DNA of 64,000 bases from Candidatus Bathyarchaeia archaeon (GCA_038868075.1 JAWBXB010000005.1:43540-107539); one strand, 5' to 3'; positions 36,774 through 47,106 are shown, counted from the stretch's first letter. Notes: a model not told the origin generated them from the sequence alone. A program made the numbers and translations.

Positions 36774-38420
36774 TTATGCCCTCTCAATGAGCACTCTCAT
36801 ACCATTATATTTTCTAGTTATCTCTTGAAGAACGCCAATAATGTCCCTATTAACTATTATCTCAATATGATAGATCCACGAGTATAAGCCTACATCAAAT
36901 GTTATTGTCCCCCTAAGAGTAATAGATCTTTCCCTAATGTATGGTTCACGGCTTAGATCCTGTCCTTCATAACATAATTTTCCCTCAGGTATACCAGCTA
37001 TAGCAACATAGTCGGTCCATACATCTTCATCTCGGGCACCTGGCTCAGGTGCGCTTACAATGCTAAATGGCCATCTTCTTACGGTTATATGCCAATACTC
37101 CATTGGAAGAACCGGATCATCAGCAACCTTTGTTACTGCAACGCCATAAGTAGCATTCACGCATGCTGCAATAGAATGTTTAGCCCATAAATCTTCCCCA
37201 GGCCAGTCTGGAAAGTAAACCTCAGCGCTCTCCGTCGAAAAGAATGATGCATGCCTAATCGCGAGGAATGGAAAACCTGTATATCCCGTGCCATATACAT
37301 TATAATATGCCCAGCCGCCAGTTGGATCTGGTCCGGGACCTACATCCCATTTTCCAGAAACATGGAAAACTGTCTTATATAGGATTAAGGAGGCATTTTG
37401 AGGAATAGCGTAAAATTCATAAACCCATCCAAAATCACTTTGTAGCTTCCATTTCCTAGCATACGTAGCTAGGAAGGGACCATTTGACTCCACGTACGTG
37501 ATGTAATTATCTGATGTTAAAATGCTCATTTGATAAGCTCTTTTTTCACCAGTATAAGATACTATATAAGTATTAACAGATGTTTGTAAGAAACCATGCT
37601 GCCAAACATGCGTTGATCCCTTATATATTCCAAAAACCTTCGCATAATTTATTTTTCCATCAACATCAGTAACTTGATCTATTTCACCCCTATAATCCTC
37701 ATTAAATCTCACTTTAATTACTCCATTATTGATAATTGTTCGGTTATCTATCCTTTCAATATTGAGATTAGTTACTTCCATCCGTGGCGGCTCATTAAGT
37801 TTTATTACATATGTTTTTTCTTCTCCAGGATCTATAACCGTTATAAAACTCACCGAGGCACTTTCAACACTACCATCCTCATATTTTACTACTCCCCATA
37901 TTTGACATGCTATCGGATTATTATCCTCATAAACTGATAATTTCGGCTCCTGAAGCTCGTTAGGGGCGAATGTGAAATCAAATGTTACTAAATTCTTCCA
38001 TATTTCACCGCTAGGATTTTGTATAGTGACTTTAACGCCATTAAACTCCGGCGCTGAAACGTCAATGCTTCTCTCCTCTTTATCGGTTTCAATTGTTATT
38101 TTGTAATTGCCACCGTTCCATGGATAAAATACCTTAAGTTTCCCAACACTATTTGGAGGGATAAGTAAACTTTTAGGTGACCATAGATTCCATTTTTCAC
38201 CATTTAGCTTCACGCCAATTATTGTGACATTTTCGCTTCCTATATTCTTCAAGTTTAACTCTATGACCCTACTGACCCTCCAACCATAAGTCTCAACAAT
38301 GAAGTTAACGCTTGAAAATTCTAGATAAATCCGCTGAGATGGAAGCAGCATATAAATTACTATAGGAACTACAACGATTACAGCTATGATTAAAATAAAG
38401 TATTTTTGGATAGACTTCAT
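36774..38420 (-). CDS. N-terminally anchored extracellular protein of unknown function (CARDB-like first domain, aromatic-rich remainder)
   Basis: 548 aa. TM helix ILIIAVIVVVPIVIYML, then ELNLKNIGSENVTIIGVKLNG (CARDB-like). The rest is W/Y-rich and I recognised no family. It is the last gene of the ABC/CARDB cluster on the minus strand. Confidence 0.65.
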   Translation of the reverse strand: MKSIQKYFILIIAVIVVVPIVIYMLLPSQRIYLEFSSVNFIVETYGWRVSRVIELNLKNIGSENVTIIGVKLNGEKWNLWSPKSLLIPPNSVGKLKVFYPWNGGNYKITIETDKEERSIDVSAPEFNGVKVTIQNPSGEIWKNLVTFDFTFAPNELQEPKLSVYEDNNPIACQIWGVVKYEDGSVESASVSFITVIDPGEEKTYVIKLNEPPRMEVTNLNIERIDNRTIINNGVIKVRFNEDYRGEIDQVTDVDGKINYAKVFGIYKGSTHVWQHGFLQTSVNTYIVSYTGEKRAYQMSILTSDNYITYVESNGPFLATYARKWKLQSDFGWVYEFYAIPQNASLILYKTVFHVSGKWDVGPGPDPTGGWAYYNVYGTGYTGFPFLAIRHASFFSTESAEVYFPDWPGEDLWAKHSIAACVNATYGVAVTKVADDPVLPMEYWHITVRRWPFSIVSAPEPGARDEDVWTDYVAIAGIPEGKLCYEGQDLSREPYIRERSITLRGTITFDVGLYSWIYHIEIIVNRDIIGVLQEITRKYNGMRVLIERA

Positions 38421-38521
38421 CGGTAAGTCACCAATATTTAAATAGCTACTGTTAAAAATTTAATGATTACTTTTTAAAATGCTGTTTTCTATAGTATGAG
38501 AAATCAGTTTTCAGGGTATGC

Positions 38522-39745
38522 CTACTCATATCTTAAAGCTACTACAGGAGGTATTTTTGAGGCTCTATACGCTGGCAACGCGCCTCCAATCAAGCCCACC
38601 ATTATTGTTAGTGAGAGCGTTTGCACCATTAAGTCAAGGGTTATCTTTGGGCTTAGCATAAAGGTTAATCCTATACCGCCTATTGTTAGACCCCTAGAGG
38701 ATAATATGTACGCTCCAATTATACCTAGAGTTATACCTATTGAGCCCCCAACCAAGCTCATAACTATGGATTCTAAGAGAATTAGCGATAGAATCTGGTT
38801 ACTAGTATAGCCTATAGCCTTCATTACGCCTATCTCACGAGTTCTCTCCATAACCGATGTTATCATAGTAGCAGCCACACCTGCAACAGCAACTGCAAAA
38901 GCTGAGAGGGATGTTGAGAAGTTTATGAAGTTTATTGCGCCAGTAACGCTTGAGATCGCTTCGGCTATAGCGCTGAAGGCTATAACCTGCAGCCTATCCT
39001 CATACTTCGCCCTTAAACTTGAAACAATGCCTTTAACGAGCGATGGGTCTCGCGCAAGCACGAATATTCCGGACCAATCCTTCAGCCCCAAAAGCTTTTT
39101 GCCAGCCTCCGGATTAAGGAAGACTGTTGAGTCTGGGTCAACTATCAAGGCTCCGCCATACTCCTCGAGTATTGCGCCAACCTTAACGTTTATGTTCTTT
39201 TTGCCGACAATCTTTTCGCCCTCAATTTTAGGAATGATTATTGTTACGACATCGTTTGGGACAAAATATTGTTCGCCACCACCCCTATAGGCAACTTTCT
39301 TGCCAACTATACAATAGAGGGTTTCAGAGGGCATCTCTCCCTCGCCTATCTTTAGGCTTCCTATAGCCTCGAAGAGCAGAGCATAGTCTATTGCGAATAT
39401 TGAAACCCTAACCTCCTCAGAACCTCTCTTAACAATTCCCTGCACCGAGTAGAACGGCTCAGCCCTCAAAACCTCTTGTAGAGACCTAATATAATTTAGC
39501 TCCTCATCGCTCAGCTTATGGTTCTCGGCTGGGAAAACCGCTATCGCATTCTGCCCAAGAGACGTTATCCTCTCAACAATATAGTCTGAATAGCTTCTAA
39601 CAACGGAGCTCATCATTACTAAAACCAGCGGACCTATAGCAATACCGATGATCGTTAGGGTAGCCCTTATCTTCCTCTCACTCAATGCCCTTAAAGCCAA
39701 CCTGAAGAAGCCCATGAGGAGCGCAGAGAAGCCCATAGCAACCAC
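38522..39745 (-). CDS. ABC transporter permease, MacB/FtsX-like (4 TM helices with a large extracytoplasmic domain)
   Basis: An N-terminal TM helix, a roughly 220-aa loop, and a C-terminal FtsX-type 3-TM bundle (REIGVMKAIGYTSNQIL...). Confidence 0.85.
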   Translation of the reverse strand: MVAMGFSALLMGFFRLALRALSERKIRATLTIIGIAIGPLVLVMMSSVVRSYSDYIVERITSLGQNAIAVFPAENHKLSDEELNYIRSLQEVLRAEPFYSVQGIVKRGSEEVRVSIFAIDYALLFEAIGSLKIGEGEMPSETLYCIVGKKVAYRGGGEQYFVPNDVVTIIIPKIEGEKIVGKKNINVKVGAILEEYGGALIVDPDSTVFLNPEAGKKLLGLKDWSGIFVLARDPSLVKGIVSSLRAKYEDRLQVIAFSAIAEAISSVTGAINFINFSTSLSAFAVAVAGVAATMITSVMERTREIGVMKAIGYTSNQILSLILLESIVMSLVGGSIGITLGIIGAYILSSRGLTIGGIGLTFMLSPKITLDLMVQTLSLTIMVGLIGGALPAYRASKIPPVVALRYE

Positions 39746-39746
39746 A

Positions 39747-42700
39747 CTAAACCCTATTCATGGAGCGCGCCCTCAAAGCCCTATAAATTAGGAATGCCGC
39801 AAAGGATAAAAATGCTATGACGGCTACAATGACAATCCACATCTCAAGTCCAATGCCTTCCCTCGGTGTCGGTGCAGTGGGCGTCTCAATTGGTTGCTCC
39901 ACTATGCTAACCTGCATCTCCCTAACCATGAGCTCATCAAAAATATTATAATATTCTATTCTTAATGTGCCGCTCTCATCATAATCTGGAACCTCAACCT
40001 TAAAGATAACCTCGTCACCCGGCGCGATATCACCGACAAGTGCCGAACCAGTTGTTCCACCAACCTGAAATACCGCCCTAACCCTATAGGCTGTGGCTGA
40101 ACCATAGTTCGCTATGATCCCCGAAACTGTTGAAGAGGTTCTTCCGATCGCGCTGACATCCTTTATCAGAAGGTCTATGAAGGGCTCAACGACAACTGTT
40201 AGGGTGTTATTGAAGCTCTTAAGTGAACCGCTAGCATCCCTATAAACCATGGATATCATTAGTGGAACCGGCCCGTAAGTCATTACTGTTGTGCCGCCAA
40301 TCTGCGACATAAAGCCTATCGGATTATATGCTAAGGTGACTGGAACCCTAATGGTTTCATCGGCACTAATCACACCAATATATGTGACTGTGGGGGAAGC
40401 TATTAAAATTGGCATACTCTGGTGTGGTGAAACAATTAGGTAAACATCGTATATCGGTGAGCTCCCAACATTCCTTATTGCCAAGGAAATATTTGTGAAT
40501 CTACTCCTAACACTTATGCTTCCTTCAGTTGATATGTTAATATATTTTGTTCCACCCAATATTGGAACAGAGACCACTACTTTCACGGTTCTTCTTGTGC
40601 CCCACTGGTCAATATAGGAGAGCATACCATCAACATCATGTATGCCAATGCTCACATTTAGAATGTTAATGTTCGCAATAAACGTTAACAAATCACCCCT
40701 ACTATAAGCTTGAACGGGACTTACTTGGGAGGCGCTAAGATAGGCGTTTATGAGCGCGCTTAAATCCCGAATCTGAGCTGGCCCCTCAACTCCGGGTATG
40801 CTGGCGGATAATGGTGAAACCCTAACATATGATGTGTTATCTAAAGCATTCAGCATCCCCTCTGGCAGATTCAGCTCTAAGACGACGCCTCTCATACTGT
40901 CTACATAATTGTTCCTTATGGATATTATGAGGTGAGCTCCATAGGTGTTAGGTCCAACTGAACCCTCATACCAGCGCGCACTAATATATTCCACGGCTTG
41001 GCTGTCATCATTAACGCCTAATGTTAAATTAAACTCCTCGATGCATCTAATCCCCGGCCCGCCGCTCAGAAGTATGAAGTCAGCGGTTAAGGTTGCATTA
41101 TATTTTCCCGGTTGAACATCCCCAACAGAAACCATAAATGATGATGTGAATGTTCCTAGACTTCTAATTGGCCCCTCAATATACGCGCTTGCGCTTCTAC
41201 CCCTGCTGGAAGAGAAGTTCTCTGGCAGATATAGGGTGAGTAGAATTCCGCCGACAGAGAAGGGCGACCTATTAGTGAGGGTCACCTGATATGTTGCATT
41301 CTCCGTCCTCGGAAAGACATTATAGTTATTCTGCCACCCTGAATCAACAACCATGAGGTTGCTTGCCATAGCTGAGTATGATTCAACTGGCAGATAAACT
41401 TCAAAATCTCTAGTCACATTTAAGCTGGTTCCAAACTCCTCGAAAGTGTATTTGGCTAGAATATTGAGGGGGATTTCTTTAGCACTAGCATTAACATCAA
41501 AGTAAAGGGTGACAGAAGAATAGGAGCCAGGTGTAAGCCTAGCCGCCAAAACTTCAGAATTTTTTATAGGCCTCAGAAGAGATGAGACAGCCCTAATGGT
41601 ACATCCAATAATATCATATCGCCCATCATTAATGAAACGCAGAGTCAGCGGAACATACTGTGAACCATTATATACCGGCGTTGGGTTTGGTGAACCCCAA
41701 TATGCTGTGGCAAGCCGAAGTTCGGGCACGTAGCTATGATAGCTTTCAACGACTACTGAAACAATTAGGCTCTGCTCACCTATATAGGAGACTCCGGAAA
41801 CAATCCTAACATATGTTATGTTCAGCGGGATCAGTATCTTGCCAATCTCAATATCTGGGTTAACATCCACATTAATGTCTATGAAGCATGAGCCACCTGG
41901 AGCCATCCCGCTAACATATATTCCAGAGAGGGCGCGCACAATTATGCCATTTGGAGGGGTTGGCGTTATAATCATGCCGCTTACGGCGTCAGGAAGCCTG
42001 TTAATGAGCGTTACTCTAATGTTTATTCCATTCGCTGAAGGAAGCAGGGGTGCTGGTGAACCCTGATATAAAACTGCAATGGATGAAATTATTATTGGCT
42101 CCTCCTTAGGCGGACCCGTAACATAAAATGGTACCTCAATTACTGCGGTATCATCATAGACTACGTTGTCTTCTGTCCTCATAGTAGCATCCACATGAAT
42201 CTCCGCATCATATAAGCCCACACGGGCATCTACTGGCACAGATAAACCGGGGAACACTACCGTGAATCTTTCGTTAACATTAACGGCGCCAATCCTAGTC
42301 CTAGAATTGCTAATGGTGAAGCCATTAGGCAGGCTGATTACCTCAAGGTCAGCCGAGCTTATGCTGGACTCGCCAATATTCTCCATTAAAACATAGAGGT
42401 TTGTGTTAACGGAGCCAGGTGATGATGCCGGAGATAAGTATGCATCAATAACTCTCAACTCTATGTTCGGGTAGCTTGAGATTGTTATCGAGATATTATG
42501 CGCCTCAGATAATAATGTTGGATTAAGTTCTAGACGGTAGGTTATGTTGAGGGTTAAAGTATACGTTTTGGGCTGAAATGTTTCAGAAATGTCCAGATAG
42601 TAATCGAAGGTTACGTGGTCACCCGCTTCAACTTTCAGTATAACAGAGCCATTAAGCGATCTCGCTGGCGCGGATGGACCGCTCCCAGCACTAAAATCTA

Positions 42701-42956
42701 TACCATTAACCATCTTCAAATGCCCGGTAACAGACCTTGCCGTTTCATTGCCGAGATAAGCTGCTTCAATCCTCAAGCTAACCCTTCTACTTCCAGGATA
42801 AATTTTCTGTGAGCCTGAAGATGACCTAGCTACAACGCCAACTACGCTGAAGTTCTTTTGGTTGCAGAGTGCATTATTCATGATGAAGAGGGGCAACTCT
42901 ATTAAGAGGATTGTTAAGATTAATATTAGGCTGAATAGCCTCCTCCTATCAACCAT
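39747..42956 (-). CDS. Giant surface protein with repeated CARDB/COG1361 S-layer-like domains, an N-terminal signal/anchor and a C-terminal TM anchor
   Basis: 1069 aa. Recurrent xNxGxxxaxxVxVxL strands (LENIGESSISSADLEV, IRNVGSSPIYDVYLIV, IANYGSATAYRVRAVF, FINDGRYDIIGCTIRAV). C-terminal TM helix MWIVIVAVIAFLSFAAFLIY plus basic tail. 1-nt gap to the permease gene. Confidence 0.75.
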   Translation of the reverse strand: MVDRRRLFSLILILTILLIELPLFIMNNALCNQKNFSVVGVVARSSSGSQKIYPGSRRVSLRIEAAYLGNETARSVTGHLKMVNGIDFSAGSGPSAPARSLNGSVILKVEAGDHVTFDYYLDISETFQPKTYTLTLNITYRLELNPTLLSEAHNISITISSYPNIELRVIDAYLSPASSPGSVNTNLYVLMENIGESSISSADLEVISLPNGFTISNSRTRIGAVNVNERFTVVFPGLSVPVDARVGLYDAEIHVDATMRTEDNVVYDDTAVIEVPFYVTGPPKEEPIIISSIAVLYQGSPAPLLPSANGINIRVTLINRLPDAVSGMIITPTPPNGIIVRALSGIYVSGMAPGGSCFIDINVDVNPDIEIGKILIPLNITYVRIVSGVSYIGEQSLIVSVVVESYHSYVPELRLATAYWGSPNPTPVYNGSQYVPLTLRFINDGRYDIIGCTIRAVSSLLRPIKNSEVLAARLTPGSYSSVTLYFDVNASAKEIPLNILAKYTFEEFGTSLNVTRDFEVYLPVESYSAMASNLMVVDSGWQNNYNVFPRTENATYQVTLTNRSPFSVGGILLTLYLPENFSSSRGRSASAYIEGPIRSLGTFTSSFMVSVGDVQPGKYNATLTADFILLSGGPGIRCIEEFNLTLGVNDDSQAVEYISARWYEGSVGPNTYGAHLIISIRNNYVDSMRGVVLELNLPEGMLNALDNTSYVRVSPLSASIPGVEGPAQIRDLSALINAYLSASQVSPVQAYSRGDLLTFIANINILNVSIGIHDVDGMLSYIDQWGTRRTVKVVVSVPILGGTKYINISTEGSISVRSRFTNISLAIRNVGSSPIYDVYLIVSPHQSMPILIASPTVTYIGVISADETIRVPVTLAYNPIGFMSQIGGTTVMTYGPVPLMISMVYRDASGSLKSFNNTLTVVVEPFIDLLIKDVSAIGRTSSTVSGIIANYGSATAYRVRAVFQVGGTTGSALVGDIAPGDEVIFKVEVPDYDESGTLRIEYYNIFDELMVREMQVSIVEQPIETPTAPTPREGIGLEMWIVIVAVIAFLSFAAFLIYRALRARSMNRV

Positions 42957-42987
42957 TAAACTTCACGCCCAAACTTCTTTAGCATCT

Positions 42988-43719
42988 TTAAGACACTCTG
43001 CTAATAAGCGACTCACTTAGGTTAGCCCTATACTCACCAACTATGCTACCATCCCTAATCACATAAATTTTTTCAGTGCAATTTGCGACCTCCGGGTCAT
43101 GGGTTACGATGACTACGGAATGTCCCTCCTTATTTAAGTTAAGGAATGTCTCGACAACAATCCTCGCCGAAGCCCTATCAAGATTTCCAGTAGGCTCATC
43201 AGCCAAAATTATGGGCGGATTTCCAACAATAGCCCTTGCAATAGCAACGCGCTGCTGCTGACCGCCAGAAAGCTGATTAGGCTTTTTTCTAAGCCACTCA
43301 ATTTCACCACCAACCTTCAATATTGCCTCCCTAACCATCTCGGTCCTAGCACTTCTGGGAAGACCTCTGGGTATTAGGGGCATCTCAATATTCTCAAAAA
43401 CCGTTAATCTATTAATTAGATTGAATGTTTGGAAGACGAAACCAAGCTTCCTATTCCTCAAATCCGCAAGCTCCCTATCACTGAGCCTAGAAACATCCCT
43501 CCCCTCAAAAATAATCTTACCTTTAGTTGGCCTATCAAGAAGCCCGAGCATATTAAGCAAGGTTGTCTTCCCAGAGCCAGATGGTCCCATTATGGCAACC
43601 AGATCGCCACTGCGGACTGTAAAATTGACTTCTTTAAGAGCCACTGTAGATATCTCACCAACTTTATACTCTTTGCTAACGCCTACTAGCTCGATCAGGG
43701 GCTTTTCTGAAATTCCCAT
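42988..43719 (-). CDS. ABC transporter ATPase, MacB/LolD-like
   Basis: Walker A GPSGSGKTT, signature LSGGQQQR, Walker B ILADEPTGNLD. Confidence 0.92.
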   Translation of the reverse strand: MGISEKPLIELVGVSKEYKVGEISTVALKEVNFTVRSGDLVAIMGPSGSGKTTLLNMLGLLDRPTKGKIIFEGRDVSRLSDRELADLRNRKLGFVFQTFNLINRLTVFENIEMPLIPRGLPRSARTEMVREAILKVGGEIEWLRKKPNQLSGGQQQRVAIARAIVGNPPIILADEPTGNLDRASARIVVETFLNLNKEGHSVVIVTHDPEVANCTEKIYVIRDGSIVGEYRANLSESLISRVS

Positions 43720-43744
43720 AGGACTTCATCGCATTTATAGATAT

Positions 43745-43762
43745 TATATTGGAATCTTATAT
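43745..43762. promoter_or_regulatory. Putative operator, copy 1 (TATATTGGAATCTTATAT)
   Basis: 17 of 18 positions match copy 2. It lies in the 83-bp divergent intergenic region between the ABC ATPase gene and the PadR gene. Confidence 0.45.
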
Positions 43763-43782
43763 GTCTAAAACCAAAATATTGA

Positions 43783-43801
43783 TATATTGGAATCCTATAT
43801 A
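43783..43801. promoter_or_regulatory. Putative operator, copy 2 (near-perfect 19-bp palindrome TATATTGGAATCCTATATA)
   Basis: 8 of 9 arm positions are self-complementary around a central A. It abuts the PadR ORF start. Confidence 0.45.
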
Positions 43802-43802
43802 A

Positions 43803-44381
43803 ATGTTATGTTTGAAAATGGAGAGAGAAAGCACAGAAATAATGAAGGAACAGCTAAAGAAGGGCTATCTCAAGCTGGCAATATTGTACACGCTGTTAAG
43901 GGGTCCATTGCACGGCTATGAAATGATCAAGCGAATAAAAGAGAGCACATTCGACCTTTTAACTCCAACAGCTGGCTCCCTCTACCCCGCATTAAAGGAG
44001 CTGGAGTCTGATGGTTTTATTACTGGAAGATGGATTCAGCAGAAGAGAAAGATAAAGGTTTACATGATAACTGAAAAGGGTAAGGAGGCATTTAGGGAGG
44101 TTATCGATAATCATTTTAAATTGGCTTCAGCTATTAGAGGGTGGCTGCTTACTCGGCTTGCACCAATCCACCCAATTGAAGAAGAACCAACAGCGCCGGC
44201 GCTCATGCAACAAGCGGTAAAGATAATTCTGTTAGGTGATAATGTTAAGGTGGAAGAGAGAATCGAGTTTCTAAAGGAGTTTAAGAGAATACTCCAGCGG
44301 GTAAATGAGACTATAGGTAAGCTCATAGTAAGCATTGATAAGAGAATAAGGGATTTAGAGGCGGAAATCAACCCCAAATAG
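43803..44381 (+). CDS. PadR-family transcriptional regulator with a long C-terminal extension
   Basis: LKLAILYTLLRGPLHGYEMIKRIKE...GSLYPALKELESDGFITGRW is a canonical PadR wHTH. ATG 43818 is also a possible start. Confidence 0.85.
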   Translation: MLCLKMERESTEIMKEQLKKGYLKLAILYTLLRGPLHGYEMIKRIKESTFDLLTPTAGSLYPALKELESDGFITGRWIQQKRKIKVYMITEKGKEAFREVIDNHFKLASAIRGWLLTRLAPIHPIEEEPTAPALMQQAVKIILLGDNVKVEERIEFLKEFKRILQRVNETIGKLIVSIDKRIRDLEAEINPK

Positions 44382-44468
44382 ATACTTCTGCATCGCAGAA
44401 TAGACAATTTAATATTGCACTATCAAGTTTAATTCTCTTGAGCTAAATAAAATGAGGTTTCCTTAGAT

Positions 44469-45428
44469 ATGGAGGGCGCTATTGTTCAGCCGATTACGCC
44501 GGAAATAAGAAGCCTATATTATAAGCAGGGTTATAGGCTTGCTGGTAAGCATCTCCACAGCGCTGTCAAGATATGCCAGTGGACTAAGGAAAGCTTAAGG
44601 TCGGGCAGAGTCTGCTATAAGGAGCTCTGGTATCCGCCAGTCCAAAGCCATAGATGCATGCAGATGACACCCTACATAGGATGCAACTGCCACTGCCTCT
44701 ACTGCTGGAGAATACACTCCGGGGATAGAGAGGGATTAATCTGGAGGGAGTTTCCCCTAAACCTGGATGAATTCGATGAACCAGCCGAAATAATAGATGA
44801 ACTAATTGAAAAGAGGAAAGAACTGCTCTCTGGATGGAGGGGGAACCCGAGAGTTGATAAAAGGAAGCTTGAGGAGGCTCTTAGGCCAACAATGATGACC
44901 ATGAGCTTAACTGGTGAGCCGACGCTTTATCCGAGAATTTCGGAGCTTATAGCTGAGGCTGGCAAGAGGGATATGATAACATTCCTAGTGACTAATGGAA
45001 CATTACCAGAGGTATTAGAGAGAATGAATCCGCTACCGTTCCAGCTTTATGTAAGCGTTCCAGCGCCGGATAAAAACACATACATTGGAGTTGTTAGACC
45101 CCTCATTAAGGATGCTTGGGAACGTTTAAATAAAACATTAGAGTTGCTTCCAAGTCTAGGGACAAGAAGAGTTCTAAGATTCACGATGATTAAGGGCTGG
45201 AATACGCTAAATATTGAGGGATACGCGAAAATCGTTGAAAAATCTAAACCAGACTTTATTGAGGTTAAAGCATATGAGTGGGTTGGGCAAAGTAGGGAGA
45301 GGTTGCCAAGGGGAGCTATGCCTTATATGGAGGATGTGGAGGAGTTCTCAATTAAATTAGCGAACTTAACAGGATATAGTATTAAAGGGAAAAATGAGCC
45401 GAGCGGCGCCGTTCTTCTCTCAGCATGA
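44469..45428 (+). CDS. taw1: tRNA 4-demethylwyosine synthase Taw1 (radical SAM, TYW1 homolog)
   Basis: HSAVKICQWTKESL...CYK and the radical-SAM cluster CNCHCLYCWR. The size and layout match Taw1. Confidence 0.85.
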   Translation: MEGAIVQPITPEIRSLYYKQGYRLAGKHLHSAVKICQWTKESLRSGRVCYKELWYPPVQSHRCMQMTPYIGCNCHCLYCWRIHSGDREGLIWREFPLNLDEFDEPAEIIDELIEKRKELLSGWRGNPRVDKRKLEEALRPTMMTMSLTGEPTLYPRISELIAEAGKRDMITFLVTNGTLPEVLERMNPLPFQLYVSVPAPDKNTYIGVVRPLIKDAWERLNKTLELLPSLGTRRVLRFTMIKGWNTLNIEGYAKIVEKSKPDFIEVKAYEWVGQSRERLPRGAMPYMEDVEEFSIKLANLTGYSIKGKNEPSGAVLLSA

Positions 45429-45568
45429 ATAGAGATTTCTCAGGAATTATTTGAGTTTCAGCAAAAATTCATGAGCAAAAGCATAATAAGTTATGGAGTA
45501 GTAATAATTCTTGAATTAAATGGAGCTTAACGTTTCAGTGAATGATTGGCTTAGGTGGAAAATAATAT

Positions 45569-45862
45569 TTGGGGGTATTAGTGTTGGTTAGTAAGAAGAG
45601 AATTCAGGAATATGAAGAGAAAATTAAGCAGGCATTAGCAATATTAGGACAGGTCTCAGAGGATGCAACAACACCAAGAAATATAAGGAGGACAGCTAAA
45701 GAGGCTATGGAGGTTTTACAGTCAACGCAATATACGCTTGGTGTCAGGGCTTCAAACGCCATATCCGTTATAGATGAGATATTGCAAGACCCTAATATGC
45801 CACCATACACCCGTGTGAGATTATGGAATGTCATAAGTTTGCTCGAGGGTATAAAAGATTGA
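45569..45862 (+). CDS. UPF0147 family protein
   Basis: TTPRNIRRTAKEAMEVL...VRASNAISVIDEILQDPNMPPYTRVRLWNVISLLEGI matches the UPF0147 pattern (recalled). Confidence 0.7.
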   Translation: MGVLVLVSKKRIQEYEEKIKQALAILGQVSEDATTPRNIRRTAKEAMEVLQSTQYTLGVRASNAISVIDEILQDPNMPPYTRVRLWNVISLLEGIKD

Positions 45863-46050
45863 TACTGAGGAACTTCAAGTTTAGCGGGGTCAAATAGCAG
45901 ATGCTATATGTGTTCATAGATTCCATTCTAAAATCGTTTTAGTAGGGTACTTCCTACTTTGAATATCATCTTATTTCAAAGGAAACATTAAATTAGGCTT
46001 TAAACTATATTAAATGGAAGATTATATTAGATACGGAAGGAATTTACTCG

Positions 46051-47106
46051 ATGTTTAAACGTGAAGCAATGCTTTATGAGAAGCTGCAAAACAATAGGGT
46101 TAGATGTAATCTTTGCGCACGTAGGTGTCTAATATCTGATGGTGGATTCGGTTTCTGTGGTGTCAGAAAGAATGAGAATGGAAATCTCTATTCGCTTAAT
46201 TACGCTAAAGCATGCGCAGCTAATGTTGATCCAATAGGTAAGAAACCTCTTTCACACTTCCATCCAGGAGCTTTAGTAATGTCAATAGCGACTGTTGGAT
46301 GTAACTTCCGATGTCAGTTCTGCGATAATTGGAGCATAAGTCAGGAAAGAGATATCATTGGCAAAGATTTTCCACCCGAAGATGTTATTAAATCTACAAT
46401 TGATTATGGATGCCATGGGATAAGCTATACCTATACTGAGCCAACGATATTTTTTGAGTACGCATATGATACTGCAGTTTTAGCTCATAAGCATGGATTA
46501 TTTAATACATTTGTCACAAACGGATATATGACCATTGAAGCTGTTGAAACTATTGCTCCATACTTGGATGCTGCAACGGTTGATTTTAAGGGTGGAGGAG
46601 ACCCTGAATTCTATAAGAAGTTTTCCATGGTTCCATTGGTTGAGCCAATATTTGAAGCTCTCAAGGAGATGAGGAGGAGGAATATACATATAGAAGTGAC
46701 GAATCTTGTTGTGCCGAAGATTGGTGATTCGCTTGAAAAAATAAAGGAACTCGCATTATGGATTAAAGAGAATTTAGGTGAGGATACTCCATTCCATTTG
46801 CTGAGGTTCCATCCAGACTATAAGCTAACTGATATACCATCCACTGAGATCAGAACTCTTGAGAAAGCTTACGAGACTGCTAAGGAGACTGGATTAAACT
46901 ATGTTTATTTGGGAAATGTTCCGGGACACAGATATGAAAACACATATTGTCCGAACTGTCAAGAGCTATTGATAAGGAGATACGGATTTGATATAATAAA
47001 ATGGAACTTAACGGCCGATATGCGATGCCCAAACTGTGGAAGACAAATCGCTATAAAGGGAAAATTCCATAGGACTGGGCTTTCATTTCCGTATTCCGTC
47101 ATATAA
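46051..47106 (+). CDS. AmmeMemoRadiSam-system radical SAM enzyme (PFL-activase-like)
   Basis: VRCNLCARRCLISDGGFGFCGVRKN, the radical-SAM CNFRCQFCDNW motif, and a C-terminal CPNC...CPNCG pair. Confidence 0.8.
   Translation: MFKREAMLYEKLQNNRVRCNLCARRCLISDGGFGFCGVRKNENGNLYSLNYAKACAANVDPIGKKPLSHFHPGALVMSIATVGCNFRCQFCDNWSISQERDIIGKDFPPEDVIKSTIDYGCHGISYTYTEPTIFFEYAYDTAVLAHKHGLFNTFVTNGYMTIEAVETIAPYLDAATVDFKGGGDPEFYKKFSMVPLVEPIFEALKEMRRRNIHIEVTNLVVPKIGDSLEKIKELALWIKENLGEDTPFHLLRFHPDYKLTDIPSTEIRTLEKAYETAKETGLNYVYLGNVPGHRYENTYCPNCQELLIRRYGFDIIKWNLTADMRCPNCGRQIAIKGKFHRTGLSFPYSVI

Noticed and set aside
36737-36800. AUGAUGA (C-box-like) motif upstream of the 548-aa gene as a C/D-box sRNA
   Set aside because: There is no CUGA D box within the following 80 nt on that strand, and no terminal stem.
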